In this document: piece by piece, positions 26,401-32,000 of the stretch
Numbering within the stretch: position 1 is the stretch's first letter
How the letters are laid out: each line of letters starts with the position of its first letter
Source: Candidatus Saccharimonas aalborgensis
Lineage (GTDB): Bacteria > Patescibacteriota > Saccharimonadia > Saccharimonadales > Saccharimonadaceae
Direction: 5' to 3'
NCBI RefSeq assembly: GCF_000392435.1
Contig: NC_021219.1
Coordinates: forward strand, 1-32,000
Length of the DNA stretch: 32,000 bases
Notes under the pieces: generated by a model
Databases searched by the model: none
Seen by the model: only the letters and a program-made list of their open reading frames with translations
Told to the model about the DNA's origin: nothing
Translations under genes and position numbers: made by a program

Positions 26401-26883
26401 CAGCTTTGCACTATAAAGATTTCGTGTTGCACCACGCTCAGCGGTAAAGAACACGCCCGCGCTTCGGATCAACTGGCTCACGACAACGCGCTCTGTTCCA
26501 TTGATGATAAAGGTGCCGCGATCGGTCATCCAGGGATAATCACCGAGGTAGATTTCCTGCTCTTTGACTTCACCGGTAACTTTATTGGTGAGTTCGATCA
26601 TAACATGCAATGGTGCATCAAAGGTCAGGTTATTTTCTTTTGCAAATGCTTCTTGGTTTTTTGGCTCCTGAAAGGCATACTGCTTGAATCGTAGTTCCAA
26701 CTTTTGACCAGTATAGTCCTCGATTGGATTGAGCTCTGCAAAGATTTCGCTGAGACCGGTCTCGACGAAATCTTTCCAAGACTCCTTTTGATGCGCGATA
26801 AGATTTGGTAGCGGCAGCGCACTATCGTCTTTCGTGAAAAAAACGCGTTTGGCTGGAGCGGCCGCAGGCTTTGATTTTGCCAT
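23473..26883 (-). CDS. rpoB: DNA-directed RNA polymerase subunit beta (with acidic C-terminal extension)
   Basis: 1136 aa with conserved beta-subunit blocks (GDKLAGRHGNKGVV, the rifampicin-region-like SQLSQLLDEVNPLSELSHKRRLS). AGGGAG SD. Confidence 0.98.
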   Translation of the reverse strand: MAKSKPAAAPAKRVFFTKDDSALPLPNLIAHQKESWKDFVETGLSEIFAELNPIEDYTGQKLELRFKQYAFQEPKNQEAFAKENNLTFDAPLHVMIELTNKVTGEVKEQEIYLGDYPWMTDRGTFIINGTERVVVSQLIRSAGVFFTAERGATRNLYSAKLIPGRGAWLEFETASNGALYVKIDRRRKIAVTTLLRALGYSKVNEIKELFKDIDTGDIKYIDATLEKDPAHGVNEALIEVYRRLRPGDLATVDNARQMIERMFYDFKRFDYSRVGRYKMNQRLGLTTPNTTEHRVFQLDDLVAIIRELIRMNNTQEAGDDIDALSNRRIKLVGELVARQFRVGMLRMQRNAMDRMSMSDITTVTPSQLINARPVVAAVREFFASSQLSQLLDEVNPLSELSHKRRLSSMGPGGLSRERAGFDVRDAHPTHYGRICSVETPEGANIGLVLNLAAYARVNEYGFIETPYLRVKNGKVTDEVVYLDASQEVTEVIADAGAELDANNKFVNERVSARKFLKPGEVDASEVTFMDAAHKQILGSTAALVPFIEKNRIDRSLTGSNMQRQAVPLLTPEAPTVGTGIEGAVARDSSQLVVAEAAGEVIRADADIVEVAYKDGAKQYAPIHFAKSNDDRSINQKVRVSRGDTVKKGDVLIEGASIADGELALGRDLLVAFMPWGGYNMDDAVVISRSLVEDDSLTSINIKDYNVEVRETKLGPEIVTRDIPNVSEESLRHLDENGIVQIGSEVKAGDVLVGKITPKGEQELSSEERLLRAIFGEKAKDVRDTSQRMNNAGGGKVVGVKIFSRENGHELKAGVLMQIQIFVAQLRKISVGDKLAGRHGNKGVVARILPVEDMPFLADGTAVDIVLNPLGVPSRMNLGQLFETHLGMAARALGYRVATPPFNGVPNTVIEDELKKAGFAPDGKSQLYDGRSGEAFEERSTVGVMHMIKLHHMVSDKIHARSTGPYTMVTQQPLGGKAQNGGQRFGEMEVWALEAYGAASTLQEMLTIKSDDVYGRAKAYESIIKDDVITGPKLPESFNVLVKELQGLGLRVDLIDEGEEFDAESVIEQSGPEDKTVPVIEEDKEYVLDESDELGEIDEDDGVTVRDIDNEGQISDVDEEYDELYEEITTEQDREEA

Positions 26884-27038
26884 ACATACTCCCTGATAGA
26901 TGATGGTTAATATAGTGTTGTGTTATCGTCTGTGCTTTGGCGCCGAAGCTTTACTAAATGGGGATACGCATACCAAAACGCCACGCCACTGGCACGGTAC
27001 ACAAAATTATCCCGCATTACACAATCTTCATTGCTTTG

Positions 27039-27068
27039 ATTGTACTATAGCCGACATGCTCTTGTCAA
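27039..27068 (-). promoter_or_regulatory. Candidate rpoB promoter TTGACA-N18-TACAAT
   Basis: Reverse complement has TTGACA (27068-27063) and TACAAT (27044-27039). Implies a 5' UTR of about 150 nt. Confidence 0.4.
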
Positions 27069-27102
27069 CAAACTATACTCTCCACTTATCCTATCGGTAC
27101 AT

Positions 27103-27696
27103 TTATTGTTTGGTGGCGAGGACGGTATCGATAAGGCCATAGCGCTTTGCATCCGTCGCACTCATCCAAAAATCTCGCTCCATGTCAGCCTTTACTTTAC
27201 TGAGTTTTTGGCCGGTATTCTCTGTCATGATGGCGGCCAATTTTTCTTTTAGCTCAACCGCCTCACGTAGCGTAATTTCTTGATCTGTTACTTTACCCTG
27301 CGTGCCGCTACTCGGCTGATGTATCATCACTCGCGCATTTGGCAATAAGTGCCGTTTTCCCTTTGCGCCACTGCTCAGCAACAGCGCTCCCATGCTAGCT
27401 TGCAATCCGATACCATAAGTAGCGACATCTGGCTTGATATAGTTCATCGTGTCATAAATAGCCAGGCCATCATACACACTCCCACCGGGACTATTGATGT
27501 AGAGGTGAATATCCTTCTCGGGATCCTCATTCGCGAGATGCAGTAGCTGGGCTACTACCACGTTTGCGGTGTGCTCGTTGATTTCTTCACCGATAAAGAT
27601 AATTCTATCCTCAAGCAGACGGGAATAAATATCATAGCCGCGCTCTCCGTCACGCGTTTTGACAATCACATTTGGTACAAGATAGCTTTTCGTCAT
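27103..27696 (-). CDS. clpP: ATP-dependent Clp protease proteolytic subunit
   Basis: ClpP pattern [16 protein letters not shown], active-site region [19 protein letters not shown] 27696 (197 aa) is preferred over the 27735 extension. Confidence 0.95.
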   Translation of the reverse strand: MTKSYLVPNVIVKTRDGERGYDIYSRLLEDRIIFIGEEINEHTANVVVAQLLHLANEDPEKDIHLYINSPGGSVYDGLAIYDTMNYIKPDVATYGIGLQASMGALLLSSGAKGKRHLLPNARVMIHQPSSGTQGKVTDQEITLREAVELKEKLAAIMTENTGQKLSKVKADMERDFWMSATDAKRYGLIDTVLATKQ

Positions 27697-27705
27697 AGTG
27701 TCTCT

Positions 27706-27735
27706 AGTATACCGCAGTAAATTAGCACTCGTCAA
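27706..27735 (-). promoter_or_regulatory. clpP promoter TTGACG-N18-TATACT, 9 nt upstream of the ATG
   Basis: Reverse complement has TTGACG (27735-27730) and TATACT (27711-27706), then AGAGACACT and ATG. The -35 and spacer overlap the CIRCE element. Confidence 0.5.
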
Positions 27736-27748
27736 GTCTGAGTGCTAA
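27722..27748. promoter_or_regulatory. CIRCE operator (HrcA binding site), perfect consensus
   Basis: TTAGCACTC-GTCAAGTCT-GAGTGCTAA is exactly the TTAGCACTC-N9-GAGTGCTAA consensus. The inverted repeat extends to 13 bp (TAAATTAGCACTC / GAGTGCTAATTTA). Confidence 0.85.
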
Positions 27749-27775
27749 TTTAGCTTCTGATAAACAATAACTTAA

Positions 27776-27885
27776 GCCTCAGCCCCCCCGACAGACAGTT
27801 GGCCCTGATGGGCCAAGGCCCGCCAAGAGCGAAGGCTGATTCAGTTAGCGGCGGGCCGGTTGCTGGAGTGGGGAGGGGGTGAGGC
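27776..27885 (-). other. GC-rich three-helix structured element in the tig-clpP spacer (complex terminator or small RNA)
   Basis: The outer helix pairs GCCTCAGCCCCCC (27776-) with GGGAGGGGGTGAGGC (-27885). It encloses hairpins TTGGCCC-TGAT-GGGCCAA (27799-27816) and GGCCCGCC...GGCGGGCC (27817-27857). No ORF. Confidence 0.4.
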
Positions 27886-27901
27886 GGAATAGACACTAGC
27901 T

Positions 27902-29182
27902 CTAATTAAAATCGATCAACGCTTGAACAGTTTTTTCGGTCAACAAGCTGTTGGCAATTTCGCGCTGAACTTCTGGTTCATCAAACCGCTTTGCCATATC
28001 GGGGTTATTGGCGTACTGGGTCCTAAACGAGTTGATGCGCTCTGCTAACTCATCGCTCGATGCTTGAATCTTCTCTACCTTGCTCAGTTCGGCAAGTACG
28101 AGACCCGCCTTGACTCGATCCTCTGCAGCAGGACCAGCTTCCTTTTCCAGCCACTCGTCCCGGTCTTTGAAGCCATTTGTCTCAAAGTACTGTTCCGGTG
28201 TCATACCGCGGTACATCAGATTTTGCGTCATGTCTTGCTCAATCGAACGAATCTGATCCTCTCGGAGTACGGACGGCACCGCAACCTTACTCTTTTCGAC
28301 CAACTGCTTCACAAGGCTGTCTTTGAGTTTGTCGGTTGCTTCGCGTTCTTTTTGAGCAGTAATCTCAGACTCGATATCTTTTTTGAGTTCGGCCACATCG
28401 GTAAAGGGTCCGACCTTGGCAGCGAACTCATCAGTAAGTTCCGGCACGACAATCTGATTGACTTTCTTTATAGTGACGGTGAAGATTACTTTTTTTCCTG
28501 CTAACTCTTTAGCGGGATACTTCTGAGGAAATGTCAGAGGAATATCTTTCGTTTCACCAGCTTTCGCGCCAATGAGTGCATCCTCAAATCCAGGGATAAA
28601 CGAATTACTGCCCAGTGTCAGTGGATACTCCTGAGCGGTTCCGCCCTCAAATGCCTCTCCGTCTTTGGTGCCAACGTAGTCGATCACTACCTCATCACCA
28701 GAGACAGCGGCCGCAGAGGTTTCTTTTTTCTCTGAATACCCTTTTTGAATTCTCGTTACTACCTCGTCAATATCGGCTTTTGTCACCGTCACTGGTTCTT
28801 TGACTGCTTGTAATTTTTTGTAGTTACCGAGAGTTACTTTTGGCAAGACATCCCCCTCCGCAGTAAACTCTAGCAGATCACCGGGAACAAACTTTTTAAT
28901 TTCGACCGCGGGACGTTCCAACGCCTGTATCTCATTGTTGAGATATGCTTCCGCTACTGCTTTGGACAGGGCGTTATTGAGCGTCTCCTGCGAGAGTGCT
29001 GATTGGTCAACGTGTTTCGCGACCACATCAAGCGGCGCACGACCTTTACGAAAACCTTGGACCTTAGTTGTTTTAGCGAGATGTTTGAGCGCAACCTGCT
29101 GGGCTGCTTCGAGTTCGGGCGCGCCGATGGAGATCGTCACCAGGACACGCGTATCTGAGAGATGTTTGACAGTCGTTTTCAT
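27902..29182 (-). CDS. tig: Trigger factor
   Basis: 426 aa. N-terminal ribosome-binding signature GFRKGRAP, central FKBP-like region FIPGFEDALIG, C-terminal helical arm. Confidence 0.93.
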   Translation of the reverse strand: MKTTVKHLSDTRVLVTISIGAPELEAAQQVALKHLAKTTKVQGFRKGRAPLDVVAKHVDQSALSQETLNNALSKAVAEAYLNNEIQALERPAVEIKKFVPGDLLEFTAEGDVLPKVTLGNYKKLQAVKEPVTVTKADIDEVVTRIQKGYSEKKETSAAAVSGDEVVIDYVGTKDGEAFEGGTAQEYPLTLGSNSFIPGFEDALIGAKAGETKDIPLTFPQKYPAKELAGKKVIFTVTIKKVNQIVVPELTDEFAAKVGPFTDVAELKKDIESEITAQKEREATDKLKDSLVKQLVEKSKVAVPSVLREDQIRSIEQDMTQNLMYRGMTPEQYFETNGFKDRDEWLEKEAGPAAEDRVKAGLVLAELSKVEKIQASSDELAERINSFRTQYANNPDMAKRFDEPEVQREIANSLLTEKTVQALIDFN

Positions 29183-29190
29183 AGCTGTTC

Positions 29191-29199
29191 ATTATATCA
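29191..29199 (-). promoter_or_regulatory. Extended -10 (TGaTATAAT) 8 nt upstream of the tig ATG
   Basis: Reverse complement of 29183-29199 reads TGATATAATGAACAGCT, then ATG. No SD. Confidence 0.45.
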
Positions 29200-29223
29200 G
29201 ATTGTGCGCGTAGTGCCGAACTA

Positions 29224-29793
29224 TCAGTATTTGAACAGCAACGCACCCCGCATCCCCATGGTATCGTGCACAGAGCTAGCCGTACCGCACTGTGTCACAA
29301 GCGTATTGAAGTTATTTGTGTCGTCTTGAGAGGGACTTTCAAGCGCATAAAAGACCACCTGAGTATTGGTACCACACGGATAGACCGCCAGACTCTTTGT
29401 CCCGTTAGTCGCGCCACCAGACACCTGCGTATTTACCGGCAAGGCTGTGGTGAACCCTGCTGGTAGCAGATTGGCAGCCACAAGGACATCCTCAAGCGTG
29501 CAGATGTATCTCCCGGTGCCAACGAATCCCGTGGCGCCATCGGTACAAACACCGCCTGCTATCGCAACAGTTGACGACAAACCACCAGCCGGGAAACGAC
29601 CACCGTTATTTGCCGCCCACACGCCAAGTGCTTCAGCAACCTTATGCGCACCGTTTCGCACCTGTGTATCACGGGCCTGCAGCTGAGAATCCATGTAAAT
29701 TACGGTGAGTAGCGTTGCCAAGATAGCAATCACTACTATCACTACTAGTAGTTCAACGATGGTAAATCCCGAACGGACGTGTCGCAATCTCAT
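29224..29793 (-). CDS. Type IV pilin / pseudopilin (prepilin-type N-terminal cleavage/methylation domain)
   Basis: Leader MRLRHVRSG followed by FTIVELLVVIVVIAILATL (G|FTxxE motif). Cys pairs in the C-terminal globular part. ATG 29793 is preferred over the 29829 extension. Confidence 0.85.
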   Translation of the reverse strand: MRLRHVRSGFTIVELLVVIVVIAILATLLTVIYMDSQLQARDTQVRNGAHKVAEALGVWAANNGGRFPAGGLSSTVAIAGGVCTDGATGFVGTGRYICTLEDVLVAANLLPAGFTTALPVNTQVSGGATNGTKSLAVYPCGTNTQVVFYALESPSQDDTNNFNTLVTQCGTASSVHDTMGMRGALLFKY

Positions 29794-29841
29794 GTCATAC
29801 ACTATGACAAACATGCCGTAGACGCGCAATAGGCATAAACG

Positions 29842-31194
29842 CTATGAACTGAGGTCACTGACGTCAAATTCGTCTTCTTCGCTGGTTTTTTTGCGGCGCC
29901 GATCCTTGACGGTAGAGACGACCCGCTCAAAGCTCAGTTTTTGCTCATTACTTGTGGTGGTATCCTTCAGCGGATAAGCTTCTGACGCTAATTCTTCATC
30001 GCCGATAAACATGATGTAGGGAATAGCTTTTTTGACGGCAGTCTTGAGCTGCTTATCGATCTTTCGCCCGGTGAAATCAAGCTCAACATTGACTCCTTCA
30101 CCGCGAAATTCCTTTGCCAATTTGGCGGCACCACGCAAGCTATCACCGACGACAATCATATAAATATCAGTTGTTGAGAAAAATGTTGGCAATAACCCAT
30201 GTGTTTCGAGGAAAAGCTGCGTCATCGTCAGCCCAGGTGCAAACCCAACTGCACTGACCGGATCGGCGCCAAACAGGCTCACCAAACCATCATAGCGGCC
30301 ACCACCGAAGAGCGCTCGGTTGTTTTCGGGGTGCGTGTCAAAAAATTCAAACACCGTGCCCGTGTAGTAGTCAAGCCCCCTCATGAGAGTGATGTCAAAT
30401 ACGGCGTTTTTTACTCCTGCACGCTCGAGATGAGTGAAAAGCTCTTGAATTTCTTTGACAGCTTCGCTATCACGGATTGCTTCGGGGAGGTCGGCCATGG
30501 TCTTGGCAGCGAGAAGCTGTGCAATCTTTTGTAGTCCCGTCGGTGCTGCCTCTTGCCCGAAGATGTCAATCGCTTGATCACGAAATGCATCCGACGCAAT
30601 TTTACCTTTTCGATCAAACAGTTTTATCATCAACTGCGCCTGGATCGTGTCAAGCCCCAGGTAGTGTGCCATCATAAAGTTGATCACTTGCCGGTTATTG
30701 ATACGGATGGCAAACATGTCATCAGCGGCGCCAAATGCTTTCATAAGGTCGTACCCCATCGAGATAATTTCTGCCTCAGGCAGTGCACCATCCATGCCGA
30801 AAATATCGCAGTTGAGTTGCCAAAACTCGCGCTCACGACCCCTTTGAGGGCGTTCGTAGCGCATATACTGACCGATGTTGTACCATCGTGCCGGATAGGC
30901 TATCTCCTGACGCCGCGCGGCGATCATACGACTGACACTCGGCGTCATTTCCGGTCGAATCGCTACTCGCCGTTCACCACGGTCAACAAACTGATAGGTT
31001 TGCTCATTGACAAGCTCTTGGCCACTCTTGGCAGCATATACTTCGATCGGCTCGAGTAATGGTGCGTCGTAGGCCTCATAGCCGTAACTTTTGACGATTC
31101 GCCGCCAGGTGCGAAAAATATAATTACGCACACGCATATCTTCGGGATACCAGTCCCGCGCGCCTTTGTACGATTCAGATGAGAGTGAGGTCAT
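29842..31194 (-). CDS. hisS: Histidine--tRNA ligase
   Basis: Class II motifs: KGARDWYP, RPEMTPSV, YERPQRGREREFWQLNCDIFG, GGGRYDGLV. ATG 31194 (451 aa) is preferred over the GTG 31272 extension, which overlaps the upstream gene. Charged C-terminal tail. Confidence 0.93.
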   Translation of the reverse strand: MTSLSSESYKGARDWYPEDMRVRNYIFRTWRRIVKSYGYEAYDAPLLEPIEVYAAKSGQELVNEQTYQFVDRGERRVAIRPEMTPSVSRMIAARRQEIAYPARWYNIGQYMRYERPQRGREREFWQLNCDIFGMDGALPEAEIISMGYDLMKAFGAADDMFAIRINNRQVINFMMAHYLGLDTIQAQLMIKLFDRKGKIASDAFRDQAIDIFGQEAAPTGLQKIAQLLAAKTMADLPEAIRDSEAVKEIQELFTHLERAGVKNAVFDITLMRGLDYYTGTVFEFFDTHPENNRALFGGGRYDGLVSLFGADPVSAVGFAPGLTMTQLFLETHGLLPTFFSTTDIYMIVVGDSLRGAAKLAKEFRGEGVNVELDFTGRKIDKQLKTAVKKAIPYIMFIGDEELASEAYPLKDTTTSNEQKLSFERVVSTVKDRRRKKTSEEDEFDVSDLSS

Positions 31195-31244
31195 AGTATC
31201 TGTTATTGTTTCATATTTCCCTGCATCACGCAAGGAAAAGCGGG

Positions 31245-31781
31245 TTAGTTCAACACGTGCTGTTGGAGCCACGCATACATGGCGATCCCTGCTGCCACGC
31301 CGACGTTGATACTACGGGTACTACCAAACTGCTCAATCGCGACAGTTTGCTCAGCGTAGTTGCGGAGTTTCTCAGAGATGCCCGGTCCCTCTGCGCCAAA
31401 TAGCAGCACACAGTCCTCGGGCAATAGTGCCTCGGATAGCAGAGACGCGTCTTCGCAGTTATCCACAGCAATCAGTCTCTTCTTGTACTGCCGCATCGCC
31501 GCCACGAAGCTATCGGCGTTGGCATAGTAATGCACATGCAGGTACTTGTCGGTCATCATGGCACCGCGCTTATTCCACTGGCGGCTGCCAATGATGTGCA
31601 CGTGCCGCACACCAAAGGCATTGGCACTGCGAACGATTGTTCCCATGTTGTAATCGCGTGACACATTATCGAGAGCGATTTCGAGCGAGATTGCGTCGGT
31701 ATCGAGATCAGCCACGATCGCATCGATCGACTTGCCTTTGTAAGCATCGATGAGGTTACGGCTATCGTGAGGGGCTTCCAT
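31245..31781 (-). CDS. SpoU/TrmH-family (SPOUT) RNA 2'-O-methyltransferase
   Basis: Motifs NMGTIVRSANAFG, LLFGAEGPGIS, STRSINVGVAAGIAMY. 178 aa. Confidence 0.88.
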   Translation of the reverse strand: MEAPHDSRNLIDAYKGKSIDAIVADLDTDAISLEIALDNVSRDYNMGTIVRSANAFGVRHVHIIGSRQWNKRGAMMTDKYLHVHYYANADSFVAAMRQYKKRLIAVDNCEDASLLSEALLPEDCVLLFGAEGPGISEKLRNYAEQTVAIEQFGSTRSINVGVAAGIAMYAWLQQHVLN

Positions 31782-31788
31782 ATTTTTT

Positions 31789-31796
31789 AGTATACA
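31789..31796 (-). promoter_or_regulatory. TG-TATACT -10 box 7 nt upstream of ATG 31781
   Basis: Reverse complement of 31782-31796 reads TGTATACTAAAAAAT, then ATG. No SD. Confidence 0.4.
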
Positions 31797-31819
31797 AAAA
31801 ACACGCCGATTTCGACGTG
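31796..31819 (-). terminator. Intrinsic terminator (7-bp stem, 4-nt loop, U6) ending the upstream structured RNA region
   Basis: Minus-strand RNA: CACGUCG-AAAU-CGGCGUG-UUUUUU. One stem position is G-U on the minus strand but C-A on the plus strand, which favours minus-strand function. Confidence 0.5.
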
Positions 31820-32000
31820 CTGACTATGAGCTAGAGAGGGTTTTCCCCGAGAGACAGGTCTCACCTACCATTCGCGCCGAAGCGCCAGGTCAGTGATCCA
31901 GTGTCTCTCGGGTATTCACCCCCTACGCGGTTGGAGTTCTGGCACGGCGCGGTGAAGCGCAGTGCCAGAACCAGGACGGACTACTTCTTGGACCGGTCGA
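31820..32000 (-). ncRNA. Candidate structured RNA of unknown class (5' end beyond window)
   Basis: No ORF of at least 60 aa. An 11-bp helix CCCGAGAGACA/TGTCTCTCGGG (31846-31856 with 31902-31912) encloses an irregular stem capped on the minus strand by GGCGC-UUCG-GCGC(C) (a cUUCGg tetraloop). A second 9-bp helix TTCTGGCAC/GTGCCAGAA lies at 31938-31970. The terminator follows. Confidence 0.35.

Noticed and set aside
31820-32000. Specific identities for the structured RNA: 5S rRNA (GAAUGGUAGGUG resembles GAUGGUAGUGUG), SRP RNA (CCAGGUCAG), c-di-AMP, cobalamin or TPP riboswitches (GGGGGUGAAUACCCGA, GAGACCUG)
   Set aside because: Each resemblance covers only a short string in the wrong structural context or strand. 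Key invariant motifs are absent (SRP GGAA/AGCA loops, RNase P ACAGAA-CCGGCUUA, the tmRNA T-arm/CCA end). The class is left unassigned.
1-32000. CRISPR arrays, transposases or integrases, prophage genes, rRNA genes
   Set aside because: I saw no regularly spaced direct repeats, no recognisable recombinase or transposase ORFs and no rRNA-like conserved stretches in either strand.

Overview
Gene-dense bacterial chromosomal segment, mostly transcribed on the minus strand. Mid-range GC, standard genetic code (long ORFs, no in-frame TGA problem). The gene content (small housekeeping set, type IV pilin, membrane-anchored secreted hydrolases, scrambled ribosomal operon synteny) suggests a reduced-genome bacterium, possibly Patescibacteria/Saccharibacteria-like. 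That assignment is inference only. Core genes recognised with high confidence are rpsL, rpsG, fusA, rpoB, rpoC, clpP, tig and hisS, plus a SpoU/TrmH-type methyltransferase and a type IV pilin. Two accessory blocks stand out. (1) About 7.8 kb sits between rpsG and fusA. It carries a doubly membrane-anchored trypsin-like protease, an alpha/beta-hydrolase, and three tandem acidic proteins (about 320, 786 and 221 aa) with no family I recognise. These three appear to be paralogues built from one shared two-module unit, and they are my best candidate for an undescribed system. (2) A nucleotide/folate-related block lies at 1.8-7.5 kb. It has a NUDIX hydrolase, an AAA_28 P-loop ATPase, a frameshifted PurN-like formyltransferase, a divergent ThyX-like protein with a degenerate active-site motif, a 483-aa unknown, a guanylate-kinase-like protein and a GrpB-NUDIX fusion. 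Regulatory and RNA signals include a perfect CIRCE (HrcA) operator overlapping the clpP promoter and recurrent -10 boxes 6-9 nt from start codons, which suggests leaderless mRNAs. There are also intrinsic terminators, a GC-rich three-helix element between tig and clpP, and a structured ORF-free candidate ncRNA running off the 3' edge. I saw no CRISPR array, rRNA, tRNA, transposase or integrase.
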